From Guillardia theta CCMP2712 (Eukaryota > Protista > Cryptophyta), in assembly GCF_000315625.1 (NCBI RefSeq), contig NW_005434619.1:161363-225362 (forward strand): DNA of 64,000 nucleotides, given 5' to 3'. Each line of letters starts with the position of its first letter. Position 1 is the first letter of the stretch. Both the position numbers and the translations under genes were made by a program. Shown piece by piece: positions 44,460 through 57,332 of the stretch. The notes beneath the pieces were generated by a model. The model made no database searches, was not told the origin of the DNA, and worked only from the letters and a program-made list of their open reading frames with translations.

Positions 44460-46228
44460 GAGGTCATGACATGACCTGGGGGTAGGGATGAGCTTGCTAT
44501 GGGCGCGTGCTGGGGCAGGAAGCTTGTGTTGGATTGAAAGGAGGATTGGGAAGGGAGGATGCGGTTGTTCAAGGCTGATGCCGGGGTCCTGGCGCCACAA
44601 CATGTCAGTAATGAGGTTAGGTTTGTATACGATGCAAGGCACGACTCATGCGAGACGAAGGGATAAGGAGGCATTTGAGGTATCCAGGAGATTTGCAGGA
44701 GGGTAGCGAGTGGAGGCCTAGTAATGGCAATGCCGTGAAATGATTGTGTCACAAGTCTCAGTGAAGCCACGGCAAGGCAAGTAAGGAGAGGAGCTGATGA
44801 AAGGAGCGGCTGAGCACTGCGCAGGGGCAGGAGTAAGGAGAGGAGCTGATGAAAGGAGCGCTGCGCAGGGGCAGAAGCAGCAGGAGTGTACGGGGGCTGG
44901 TGCGTTGACGAAGGAAATTTGACTTGAAGCGCGTCAGAGGAACGAACCTCGGGATTGGCGAGAAAATGGGGGGGTGGGGTATCACGGATTTATCCGGATG
45001 TGGTGGGTGATAAGTACAAAAAGGTGGGTAATGACTGGTAAACGTATGGGTAGGGGTGACAATCGAGTAGGGGTGTCATGGATTCAATTTGTGGAGGGGT
45101 GGCCTATGGTGAATCGTGACTCCAGGAATGGGGAAAAAAATGTCACGATGACTAAACTTTGTACTAGATTTAGGAGGGGTCCCTTGCACTATGTCGAAAT
45201 GAGTGATGGGGGTGGGTGGTTTTTCTGTTTCGGAATTATCTATTTCCGGCAGGAAAATCTTAAGAAATTTCGGGAGCAAGGGGGGAGGGAAAGAGGGCGG
45301 AGGGTACAGAATGGGACAGATGGAAGGGGAAGAAGGTGGAAGGGAGAAGAAGAATAAGACCTCAACGAAGAAGAAGTGTCCAAAGTTGATGCAAGGAAGG
45401 TTGGTGTTGACCATGTTCAGGAAAGGGAACGATGTATGTGACATTGGTAGCGAGGATGGCGAGGAAGGGTGGTGAAGAGAAACCTGTGAAGTCATGGAGA
45501 CGATGGGTTTGTCGGGTCAGGCAACACGACTGGTATCAGTGAGATACTTCGGCTGGTCTTATCATTCTCAAACATACATTCAACCTCCGCTTGACTGTCT
45601 TTCTCTCTATATATATCTCGCTCATTTCCTCTGTATAGAACAGGAGCGATAAGAAAAATCGAGTGCAGCAAAGCTTCGTGCGAGGAGTGAATTAGCGGGA
45701 ACCAAGAACTCTGCCCGTCTCAACTACCGACCATGACCACAGGCGTATCCGTGAAGCGAAAGAGTATCTACTTGCAACACACAGAGACGAGTTGGAGATA
45801 TTGAGACAGAGAAGCAGTGAAATATTGGGTCAAGAGCAGACGAAGTTTCAGAAATTTGTTGTTGTACATACAACCTCCGGGAAGGAGGGAGAGCACCAGT
45901 TGCTCTGGTGTACAACATTTGTTGTGGAAAGGAAAGGCATCTGTTGATCAAAGCGATGATTCAAAACCAAAGAAAAATGGTCTTACACTTACAACAACCA
46001 ACCGATTCAACCGGATGCAATCAGATTATTTCTCCCTCACCCCGCTGATGATTCCACCACGCAAAAGCATCCGCACTCGCTGGCTCAAACCCAAAACAAA
46101 CCCTTCCAGTCAGCCTCCCCTTGTTCCCTGTCCCCTTCTCTCTCCTTCTTTCCCTCCTTCATATTCTCCCTTTTCCCTCCCTATCCCCCTGGCCCTGCAA
46201 TCTTCCCCTTCCCCATCTCACTCCCTCC

Positions 46229-46443
46229 TCCCCCTTCCCTCCCCCCTGCCCCCCTTCCCCCTTGTCCGTGCAGCTCAGCCCCGCAATCACACAGCGCCAG
46301 CACGGTCGCGTCTCCTCGCACCACAGCCCGCTCTCCCGGCAGTGATCGTACGGCTTCCCGCTCGTCTCCTCCCTGCTTGGCCTCCTTCTCTTCCTCGCGC
46401 TCGCGTCCTCCTTCAAACATGACTTCGAAAGATCAAAAGAGGT

Positions 46444-46507
<64 letters not shown>

Positions 46508-46830
46508 ATGAGCGCGTGCTGGGGCAGACGGCTTGTTCAAGGGAGTCCAGAGCTGTCACTCAAGAGAAGGATGCCGTTGTTCTGATGCCGAGGTCCTGGC
46601 GCCACTACACGTCAGTAAGCCTTCAACACGCGTCCTGTATTCATGTCAGGATCGCAAACATGGCAGGTCGACTGATGATGGCCTTCTACCTCTGCTTGCA
46701 CCTACAACCCCTCAGCCGATGTACAGCCGACGACAGTCTCGTGCATGTATCAACTTTGCTCGACTAGAGCTGGCAAAGATGGTAAGCGCTCCTAAGACTG
46801 GAGGATGAGGTAGAGTCGAGGAGATCAGGT
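46229..46830 (-). pseudogene. Internally deleted copy of the double-Zn2Cys6 gene (copy 2)
   Basis: 46229-46411 matches the 3' part of copies 1 and 3 but reads KPYDHC (Cys to Tyr). 46504-46828 matches the upstream region of copy 3 (48806-49133). The start codon and first cluster are missing, with (TTGC)n at the gap. Confidence 0.85.
46444..46507. repeat. (TTGC)n microsatellite
   Basis: Directly visible. Confidence 0.95.
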
Positions 46831-48086
46831 AAGGATTGGATCGGTCAACTGTTGAGATTTCCAGCCGCAGAGGTGAATGATTGAAGTTTTGTTTGCAGTG
46901 CTGAGGTGGAGGTGTGAGGAGGAATTCAGGATACAGGACTCGTGTTTAGACCATGACTGTTGGGGCACGGTGACCAGACCAAAGATTCATACCGCACACC
47001 GTGCCCCGCACATGGAGGGGAATGGGTTTCATGTCCTAGCCGACAGTAGTAGCCTGTCGTGCTCGTTGTGTGCTAGTAAACGCAATAGTGATTGCTCTGG
47101 TGTTGCGTGTACAACAACTGTGATGGACAACAAGCGATGATTGAAGGCAAGTGTGGACAGGAAAGAAATGGTCCAAGTAAGAAGTTAAAAAAAGAGCAGA
47201 TTTTTATTTGGCTACATGACAAAAGATGGATACAACGTTGGGAGCAGGGGCCCAGCGACCTTTGGACAGAGCTGCAGATGGCTTTCAGCAAGGACGAGCA
47301 ACTCTAGGGGAGGGAGGATGAAGCAAAGAAGATACGGCTACTATGAACAAGCATCATGGAGGACAAGAGAACCTGGCCTTCAAGGAAGAGGGGGAAGACG
47401 GGAAGGGATATTGTTTTTTTACTGAAAATAGGATGATGACTCGTAGAAAAAATGGGGTACCGTTCATTTAGTTGGAAAAAAAAGGATACAGAGGGGGTGG
47501 GGTCCTCTATTTCGGAATGGAAAAGTCATGACCAGGGGAGGACGGCTGAACTAGTTCAGGTCGAGAGTGAGCAAGGGACTGACGAGGATGGTGAGGGAGA
47601 GCGTTGGGAGAGGTTGAGTGAATCGCAGGAATATTCAGAGCACTTAGTGTTCAGAGCACTGCCACTCACCAATGCTGACTCCCTTTCAACTCGAATTGGA
47701 AATACAAGCTGTCACTTCTGAAATTGTTTCCGTAGATCACATACCTGAGGTAAACCTGTTTCTTCCTGCTGGCCTTCGCCTGTTGACCTATATGCCAGGA
47801 AGGGCCAATGGACTATTGAGCACACCGAATTTTGCGCTGGATTCGAGCAGCATTCTTGAAGGCAACCCTTCAAATTCGTACAAAGTCTAATAGAACAAAC
47901 AAAAAGAAATGAAACACGAGCATGTCCAAAAGAAGACGAGGAGGGATGAATGAGCGGAGAGAATTCCGTTGTGGTTTGCACTATAACAATCGACTACAAA
48001 CAATTTATGTGAGTCTACCTTCTTGATCAAAGAATTTGATATTTGCTATTCCGACATCCCTCCTAATTTCATCCTGAGCGTGCACA

Positions 48087-48758
48087 TTACAACTCATTGA
48101 AACTCAGGTTAGCCTCTCCGACCTCCTCTCCCTCCCCTTGTCCCTTACACTCTGCCCCTCCCAGGTTGCCTTCAATAACAATCTCTCCCTCTCCACCCTC
48201 CCCCTTCCCTCCCCCCTGCCCCCCTTCCCCCTTGTCCGTGCAGCTCAGCCCCGCAATCACACAGCGCCAGCACGGTCGCGTCTCCTCGCACCACAGCCCG
48301 CTCTCCCGGCAGTGATCGCACGGCTTCCCGCTCGTCTCCTCCCTGCTTGGCCTCCTTCTCTTCCTCGCGCTCGCGTCCTCCTCCACGCACTCCTGAAGGT
48401 CCTCCATGCACCGCCCGCAAGGCCGCCCGTCGTCGCACCTCAGCTTCCTTCTCCTGCACCCCTCGCACGCCTTGGCCGCCCTCCGCTTCCCTTGCGACGG
48501 CGCCGGCACGTCCTCGCCCCCGGGCTCCAGGAAGCTCTCCACGTCCGACGACGACATCTGCAGGTACGGCAGCTCGTCGTCCACCGACGGCAGCCCTGAC
48601 GGGCACTCTTGGCTCATCGCCTCTGCCAAAGACTTGCGCCCGACCTCAAGACGGCTGGCGCCCAGATCGTGTCTGTAGTATCCCCTGCTCGTACACACCC
48701 TAGTCACCCCCACCCATGTCTCCACGAAGCCTTGGTACTGATCTCTCCGGGCCTCCAT
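48087..48758 (-). CDS. Zn(II)2Cys6 transcription factor with two clusters (copy 3)
   Basis: Near-identical to 43905-44480 at DNA level, with both clusters intact and a different C-terminal tail. Confidence 0.85.
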   Translation of the reverse strand: MEARRDQYQGFVETWVGVTRVCTSRGYYRHDLGASRLEVGRKSLAEAMSQECPSGLPSVDDELPYLQMSSSDVESFLEPGGEDVPAPSQGKRRAAKACEGCRRRKLRCDDGRPCGRCMEDLQECVEEDASARKRRRPSREETSGKPCDHCRESGLWCEETRPCWRCVIAGLSCTDKGEGGQGGGKGEGGEGEIVIEGNLGGAECKGQGEGEEVGEANLSFNEL

Positions 48759-51281
48759 GAGGTCATGACATGACCTGGAGGTCACCGTGCCCGGTAGAGG
48801 AGCTTTGCTATGAGCGCGTGCTGGGGCAGACGGCTTGTTCAAGGGAGTCCAGAGCTGTCACTCAAGAGAAGGATGCCGTTGTTCTGATGCCGAGGTCCTG
48901 GCGCCACTACACGTCAGTAAGCCTTCAACACGCGTCCTGTATTCATGTCAGGATCGCAAACATGGCAGGTCGACTGATGATGGCCTTCTACTTCTGCTTG
49001 CACCTACAAACCCCTTAGCCTCCTCTGCTGTCAGACGACAGTCTCGTGCATATATCAACTTTGCTCGACTAGAGCTGGCAAAGGTGGTAAGCGCTCCTAA
49101 GACTGGAGGATGAGGTAGAGTCGAGGAGATCAGGAAGGAATGGATAAGGGCAGAAGGCAATTCAGGGGAATGAAACATGAAAATTTGAAATACAATGGAG
49201 TTTGAACGCTTCTCATGTCACAGTGAAGAGCAGGAGAAGCGGGAATGGAAAATTTCAGGTGATGGTATGAAAGGTTATCAAGTGAAATGCTGTAAACAAC
49301 ATGGTCTCATGAACGTTTTTGAGGGGCGACATGGGAAGCTAATGGATCAACTGAGAAAGTGAGATAGACGGGAAGAGTATGTTCTTTAACATGAAGATTG
49401 GATATGAAGCATTAGCATACAGAAACAAGGTCGGGTCAATGCGAAAGGAGAGTGTAGAGGAAACAGAATGCATGCAACTTGCGGATGAAATTTGTAGTGC
49501 AACTCGTGGATGGCCAGGACACAAGTAAGCATAGGGGGCCAACGAAAGTGTTCAGGAGTTCAAGCAAAGCAGACGCATGTTGCAAGAAGATGCAGAGGAT
49601 AGGAGAAGTGCGTGATTAGGAGAAGGCGGCTGGGGCAGGCGGCCAAGAGGCTTCGAGGAGGATCAGAGGAATAGTACCAGGGTGTGAACATGTAGGATGG
49701 AAGGGGGCGCGACAACGGGGTCAAATGTACTAAAATGATAGGGTACTGGGGTCTAGGGGGTAGTTTGACATGGGGTAGGGTGCGTTTGGTGGTAAAGACA
49801 GGGGTGGAGAGAGGATATGCGGGGTCTTAGCGACTTTCTGGTCAAAAAAAAATTCAAAAAAACATCGTGACCCGAGCAATTGCCGAATCGAGGTTCGAGA
49901 AGGGGTACTTCCGATGGTGAAAATATGGTAGGAGAGGGGTGGGTGGTATGATCGGAGTAATCTCACAATCTCGAAATAATAGAAATAGATGGTTTCGGCA
50001 TCGATCGAGGAATTTTCTATTTCGGGCAGGGGATTGATTTTATATGTATTGTAGCCTCTCCGAAAAAAAAGATTTTTATCTTTTTTTGGTTTTGGTCCAA
50101 AATTGGAAGGCGGAGGAAAGAAAAAGGCTCAACAGGGGGGCGGATAGTGAGTGGGGGCGTGAGGGAGGGTTGAGGAAGGGGAGGAAGGAGACTGAAACAC
50201 CTGTGGGAGCTCCCTCAGATCATTCCTCTTCCATCAAAGACAACGATATACGCCTTCGATCGCCGTCCTCCTTCACTATCCATTTCGCCTGCTTGCCCGC
50301 ACGATCAATATATCGCTGTCTCAATTCTTCCCTCATCCACTGTCCAGCTATATCTTCATATCTACCCCTGTCCCTGGCACATTCTACCCAAATTCCAGCT
50401 CTCCTTCCTTCTTTCGTGCACTTTATCTCTGCCTCTCCATCATCTCCCCTCTTCCTCCCTCTTCTTGCCCAATTTTCGTCTATTCCATCCAAAATTTACT
50501 CCAAACCTTAGTGTGTCAAGGAAGAGGAGCTCTGTATGGGGTCTCGGGGAGGGATAAAAAGCCCTTGAAAGGCTGATGTGGAGCTGATGCATTGCCGTTT
50601 TAAGAATCACAGAGAACAGAAGGAAGGGAATGAAAGGTGGTGAAGAATTGAGTGAGGTAAGGAGCAATTGGATTGTGACGGTGAAGAAGGGAGTGCAAAG
50701 TCACCGATGGCGGAGGAGGAAAGGATGGAGCGAGCGAGCGGAAAAGGACGTGAAGGAGTTTGAATTGAGACAGTATTGAGCCATATGGGAGGGGAGAGCA
50801 AAGAGAAATAGGAGAACGAGAAGGCTGAAAGGGTGATAGGGGGGGAAAGGGGGGGGGGGGAGCGGGGGCATGGAAATTGGAGTGGGAAGGGGCAAGCGCG
50901 CAAGGAGCGGGCGAGGGGTTGGGAGGCAGAGAAAGATGCAGGGAAGGTATTGATATCCTGTGCGTATTGAATGATATCCTACACGAATTTGAATGATATC
51001 CTGTACGTATTGAAAAATATTATATACGTTCTGAATGATATCCTGTACGTATTGAAAAAAGATTACACTGCTGGTATATTCAGCCTTCCTGCTTTGTGAG
51101 TGGAGCCAACGTCGAGGGAAGCAATAAGTGTTGTGGAAGGAACCAATATTGTGACCACGATACAACACAGCGAACCGAGTTTATTGTACACTGCACAACC
51201 ACACTTCAGACCCTCTGGTTCATAAAGCAATCAATCTACATCAGCATGTACAAAGACAGTCTCTGACTGCCTCAACAATAT

Positions 51282-51632
51282 CTACAGAAACCTACTCGTG
51301 GGGCGAGTATCGCTCCTTCATCACTCGATACTTCTTGAACTGAATAATAGCGCAGAGCTCATTCCGTATGTACCACCTGATGATATTCAAACTTACTGCA
51401 TGAAAACAAAAACTTAAAACACCTGCCCCGAGCCACAGCTCGCCTTATTTCTATGTCATCCTCAAGATGGCGATTTGTGAAGAACGCTTCCTTCACTTTC
51501 TTCTTGATGATCTGAAGACCACCTTCCATAGCTATTGACATTTTCTTCATGCTTGATAACTTGATACATACCAGGATAATCTCGACCAACAAGAATGAAT
51601 CGCTTGTACAGATCTCGAACAAGAGGATGCAT
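51282..51632 (-). CDS. LYRM5: LYR-motif protein, LYRM5/ETFRF1-like (mitochondrial)
   Basis: Three exons: MHPLVRDLYKRFILVGRDYPG|GLQIIKKKVKEAFFTNRHLEDDIEIRRAVARGR|WYIRNELCAIIQFKKYRVMKERY. LYK, GRDYP and KKYRxMKxRY are LYRM5 hallmarks. Confidence 0.88.
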
Positions 51633-51938
51633 AGATCTGTGGAGAAACAGCTTCACATGAAGCAGCATTGCTAGGTCGGCAAGACTTGCCTTTTCTTCCT
51701 TCTTCCAGCCGTACAGAGATCACTCGATTTTGAGTTCTCACTTTAAATTCAGACTTGCCAGACTGTACCTAATTTCAACAACTTGTTACAATAAGGTTGA
51801 AATCCGCAATACAACTCAGAATTCTATTGAATTCTTCTGGTTAAGTACTAACGGCATCCCAAAAGTGATTGAGGGGGGAGCAAAACGACAAGAACATCAC
51901 TGCTACTTTCATCCTCCAACGTCCGTCTCCTTCTACGC

Positions 51939-52366
51939 AGGAACTACAACATTGTTGGCATCGCTCCGGCTTTGTCCTTGAGCCCTCGTCCCTGCAGCAT
52001 CACATGTAAGGACTGTGATTGGAGGAGGTTGGAAGAGACACTTGTGCACAACACAACAGATGCTCATATCAAGTGTTCCCGAAGTCTCCCCTCAACTTGC
52101 GGGTGGCAAGAAGGGGGAGACGGACCTTCTCGAGCACGCGGGGAGGTTCACTCGCAGTGCCTCTCGTGCACATAGACAGAGAGACATCCCGCTCGACTTG
52201 TACAGCACAAAGAATGCGACAAGGAACAGAGGGTCAGATTTGGCTCGTTGAATCATAGCATCCAAGGATGTTCGAGGTCGCAGATCTCGCAAGCGAATGG
52301 TATGAACGCACCTTTGGGAGCGATTCTGCAGCCTCCAAGGCTGAACAAGACAACGACGATGCTTAA
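51939..52366 (+). CDS. Possible small hypothetical protein
   Basis: Short exon-like blocks (MLISSVPEVSPQLAGGKKGETDLLEHAG; RDIPLDLYSTKNAT; HPRMFEVADLASEWYERTFG...DA*). 5' end unresolved. Confidence 0.3.
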
Positions 52367-52737
52367 ACACTACCAATACATCCTCACCTTCCTCTGTATC
52401 TGCTTCCTCTCTCACTTTCTTGCCCTGCCTCGTCACGCATGCCCTCTCCTCTGCTGTCCTCCCCCTCCCCCTCCCCCTCCCCTTCCCCCTCCCCTCCCCT
52501 TCCCCCTCCCCCCCCCTCTCGCGCCTTGGCCACCACAGGCTTATTATATATTCAACTGATTTGTACCAAAATGTTTACTCAAGTTTATCTTTTTGGTATA
52601 GAATTTGACATTCTGTGGTACAGTTTGATATACTCAGCAACTAATTTGAAATTTAAAATGTAATTTAGATAGCTAATACATTTTACTGAAATCAAAATGA
52701 GGTCGTGCAAGTTTGAGAGTCATCTGATCCACACAAA

Positions 52738-53475
52738 ATGCTCAGGCGTTGGCAAGGGGCGCGGGCGGCCCTTATGGTAGTCGCCATGTCAGTCTCGCTT
52801 GTCAGCTGCGAACTGCAACAAGGGGAGGAAGGAGGAGACGGAAGCTGCAAGGCAAGGTGAGAAGAACTGCCATGCAACGACCTTCTCATAAGGTTGATGT
52901 GGCAGCGAGGCTATAGAAAAAGTTCAGCCCCGATACAAGCCTAGCGCGGCCACCTTGACAGCATTCTTCAAGCTCCATGAGCCCAGGGAGCTTGACTGGA
53001 AAGCAGAGTTTGCTGTGCTAGAGATAACTGATGGCTGCCCCTTGAATGGCATGTATCGTCGGTATTCCAGTAGAATGTCGCTCCAGAGAACCTGAACTTT
53101 TGGAAGCTTCAAGCACTGGATCTCGGAGGGTGCCACAGCATTCCCTAGGCTCAAGATCAAAACTAGTCCTGGAATGGATCCGGTATGTCGTCCGCTTCAA
53201 CCCTGACATGTCCATGATGCAAGTCTACACTCTCCGAAAAACGTGTTTGCAGATCATGCAGTTTCAAGACACGGAAGCAGTGCCTGAGGTTGTTGTTCGA
53301 TTTTTGTGATTTTACAGCTCTGAAATGTCGGAAGGGGAATCTTGGGAAAGCGAGAGTTGATATTAGCGTAAGATCAAGCGTTGCTGAGAACATTCACCAA
53401 CACAACTTACCTCAGGAGATGGAGATTGGAGAGGTCGAAGAATTGTTGCAAAGAAGAGGGATAGCAAAAGTATGA
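52738..53475 (+). CDS. Hypothetical protein with signal peptide
   Basis: MLRRWQGARAALMVVAMSVSLVSC leader, then short exons (LVLEWIRYVVRFNPDMSMMQVY; LPQEMEIGEVEELLQRRGIAKV*). Confidence 0.45.
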
Positions 53476-54013
53476 GAGGAACATGGTATTTGTTTCGAGT
53501 TTTTGAATGATCATTCTTGCCCAGGATCCTGTTCTGGCTGACAAGGTAAAAACATGGGATTTTGTCATTTTTGTGCATTCCTTGTTTGTCACCTCTGAAT
53601 AGCACTGGACTGTTATATCAGGCGGAAGCAACTAAGCAGGCAAGGTTAGCGAAAGAAGAGCAGGCAAAGAAAGAAAGAGAGATGGTGAGTGTATGTTTTT
53701 TCCGCTCGTCATTTTCCTGTTTTGATTGATTGATGTAATTGTTACAGCAAGATCCCAAAATCTCTAGATGAGCCCTGGAAAAGAGCCTTTTTAACATCGA
53801 ACAGTATGACCGATGAATGCAGATTGATCCACCTCTGTCGTCTTCTGAATTCAATAATACTTCTTACACGCACCGACTTCATCAAAAGACAACCATGTCG
53901 TATACTAAGCAGCACTCGTTACGAGTGTGCATGAACTCTCGCTCGAGAAACCTCATACAACCCAAGGCTATGAGCGAATTGACATACATGTATTGAAAAG
54001 ATATTTGCCAGGC

Positions 54014-55126
54014 TTAAGTCGCTGTATCACTAAGCTCCTGTTTTTGATGTGGACGTCGTTGCTGACGACGATGACGTCGATGACGCTGTATCCACAGCTC
54101 GAATGTAGTCTCCGCGTATCTGTGAGTACTGGTAGCACCTCTGTAAACAGCTATGACTTAGTCACTTCATGGTGATGAACATGAGGACCTGAGGAGATCC
54201 ATCCTGCAGAGGAATCTTGTCGTAGAAGAAGACTGGGCCACCACTTACTCCAATGATTGTGAAGGGGCAGGCATCTTCGGTGATGCCTGGTTAAAAAAAG
54301 AAAGGGTTGAGCATGGAACACGAACAAAGTAGAAATCAGCACCAAATGCTGCTAAACACTTCTTCCCTTCGGCACCTGTTTGAACACGGCGGAGCCAAAC
54401 TGCAACCGAACATCAGCGGTGGTTAGTTCACAGCTCTGACATCGCACCAGTGCCATCTACAAGCTCTTCACATGCTGCGCATGCTGGATAGCAGGGGCAA
54501 TTCTTGATCTCTCTGATGAACAACCATGTTTCGTTCTCATTCCTCCAAGTGTTGCGATAGTAGAGAGATCCGCGTGAGTTGAAATTCCTGCCATCAGGGC
54601 CATCCGGCCAGTTGTACTGCTTACAAAACATCCCCCAGACAAGCGGATCCTTGGTCCCAACATGAAAGGAGCTGAACGTGTAAGGTTCGATGTCCAGTCG
54701 AGTGTTTCCGATGACTCGCTGAGGCTTCATCTCTTTCTGCACTGACGGAGCCGAGGCCAGAGGGGTCACGCCGAAGGCCGAGAGCCCTTGGTACGGCTGG
54801 AAAGCACATTGCTGCTTCAGGACCTCTTGCGATCCCATCTGGATCACGGCACTCAGGGTCCTTGTTGTACAATCCTTCTTGTCATAACAGAAGTAGATGG
54901 TGGTGGAGCCCTGCGCTTGAGTGATGGAGAGCTCGTAGCTGTAGGAGTAAGGGAAAGGTCCGAGGCAGGGAGGGGGCACGATGTCATTCACATCGCCCTG
55001 CATCTCCATGAATTGATAGGTCATGCTGTAGACTCCTTGCACGTACGGTGTTTGTGTTGAGCACTGATCGATTAGAAAGAAAAGGCAGATGATAGGGACG
55101 GAGAGAAGATTCCTGGTGATCGTCAT
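54014..55126 (-). CDS. Secreted or membrane hypothetical protein, Cys-containing
   Basis: Long first exon with signal peptide MTITRNLLSVPIICLFFLIDQCSTQ and ending CPCYPACAAC, followed by small exons. The 3' end is approximate. Confidence 0.7.
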
Positions 55127-55199
55127 GATTGAAGCCTCAGAAGCTCGTTCTCGACCAGTGGCAAAGGTTCGTTCCTCTACTCTCACAGTCTCATCTCCT

Positions 55200-55790
55200 C
55201 ACTGCGCCGCCATGGCCTTTACGGTCGCCTTCCGCCAGCCGCTGAGCCATGACGCCGGGCGACACTTCAACTTGAATGATTTTGACAGCCGGTCAAGTAA
55301 GATGTGGGGCGGGCCCGGCCCGGCGGGGCCTCCCGGTTGACTGAGTCACTTGCCAACTTTGCTCAGTGAATCATGGAACTTGAGCCGGGAGGCTTCAGGC
55401 GGCGCGTGCCATCAAAGTGCGAAGCCTTAAAGATCAGTACGAGGACAATCAGGAGAGTCGAGGAGGCTGTCGCACAGGCCACTGACACCGGGCGAGAAGA
55501 GAAAAGACGGAGCGCCGGAGAACTTGACACTGCACTGCCACCGAAACCGGGGGTACTCAGTACCAGGCTCAGCCGGGCCGCTCGTGATGACTCTCAGTCA
55601 ACTTGGCAAAAAGCCTTGGCAACTTGACGGCCCGCAGACCGTACTAACTGAGTTGAGACAAGAAGTTTCAAAGCCTGAACTTCGGAAGTTCAGTAAAGAT
55701 CGGACCGGACTCAGCCTGTGACCGTGAACTCGGAATGATCGTCGGGGCGGCCCCCGGAACTTCGGAACTTTGGTGGGCTAGTATACGTGA
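55200..55790. promoter_or_regulatory. GC island between divergent genes
   Basis: GGGCCCGGCCCGGC-type words, TGAGTCA at 55342, repeated AACTT words. Confidence 0.55.
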
Positions 55791-56260
55791 CCGTTATATG
55801 AGTAACGGAAAGTTCTGAATTTGCCTTCGGTCCGTAGCCTGGGGTGACTCTTCACTAAGCCGCGCCCGCCATGTCCCTGCTGGATTGCGAATGAGCTGAT
55901 TGCAATGGCGGATATGGAAGCGCAGTCGCGATAGACAACTTATGGCTGTGTGATAGAGAGAGATCACGCCTTGATGCTGCAGTGCTTGATGCATGTATGT
56001 GTCTTCATGCCATGCTTTCAAGTGTCTTCATATGTCTTCACATTGAAGTGTCTTCAAGTTTGCTAAGGGAGAAGCTTGTTATGTCCTTCTCTGTTGTCAG
56101 CTAGATGGACAGGAATAGAACATTTTGTCGAGGTGACACTCGAAGCTAGCATTGCCAGGACGCAGGATCCATGTTTAGCTAAACACATGAAGCAGCCCCG
56201 GCCCGGCTGCTTACAAACCTACAACTATCGCTGTTGACAAGCTTGTGCGCGGCAGGTCAT

Positions 56261-57273
56261 CATGGTGATGGTTGTGGAGTACGGATCTCTTCCTAGGAGG
56301 AAGGATTCGCCCAGTGGCAAGTCGATGAGCCTGCGGGCAACCGCGACTTTCATCGCGTCTGCAACCCTCGTCCTGGGCAGCATCGCTGTTATTGCTGTGA
56401 TCGGGCAGCAGAGAGCTGGTGGGGACGGCGGGCAACGTACCCTTATCTCTGATTCACTCTTGGACTGCAGGGCCAAGCGTCCTCGGGTCCTCGTTTGCCG
56501 CCGACATTGGGAGCGGTCTTCCCTACGACACGACCAATGCCCCAGAGGGGGTCAAGAACATCTGGTACTCGCCGGAACAGGCGTGGGAGGGCATAGACGA
56601 GGTCTTCCTCCTCCTTCCACTCCTGCCCACTGATGGGAGGCTTCAGGTGCTTCCAACGGAAGCTCAGGCGTGGGAGGATCAGTCGGACCCCGCAGGTAGG
56701 AGACAGGACAAGGAGGGCCCAGGATTTACCTGATTGACTCGTTTTGTCCGAACCCTCCAGTTGGATATGCCTTCAAGAACCCAGGCTCCGTCACTTCGGA
56801 GAATGGATGGGCTGGATACTATGATACTGTGCTGCATGACGGGGAGGAGACAGAGGCAAACCTCAGCTTCTTGCATGCCAGTTTCTCATCCTCATCTCTT
56901 GTGTGCAGGTCCTGCCCGATGAAACTGTGAACTCAGCTATGGAATACGACCCAGTCCTTGCAGGAACCAACTCCTTCTGGGGTGAGGGAGTCTGTGGATC
57001 AAGGGAGGGGGCTGAACTCTTGACAGGAGATCGTGGCGGCCAGAACGTGAAGGATCCCGCGCCATGGTCGAACAATGAGGTGCAGCTGCCTGCGGTGGTT
57101 GATAGCCTAGCTAACTGGTGGCAGCCGATGACGATCGCTGAGTACACCAACGGAGACTACGTTCCCTACAGGTGAGGGGAGATTTGCTGTGCGATGTTCG
57201 CCTCACAATGGGCAGCTACGCCGTTGGAGGTCCTTCGCACTCGTCCGTGGGCGAGGAGGAGGAGGAATCCTAA
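56261..57273 (+). CDS. Type II membrane protein with acidic Trp/Gly/Asn-rich ectodomain
   Basis: TM segment FIASATLVLGSIAVIAVI; seven phase-compatible exons ending SYAVGGPSHSSVGEEEES*; one GC donor (ACAGAG|GCAAAC). Confidence 0.75.
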
Positions 57274-57332
57274 GGGAACGAGCCGAGATGGGCTGAGGAC
57301 AAGTGTTCCTATACACATGTTGTTGCACGTAT

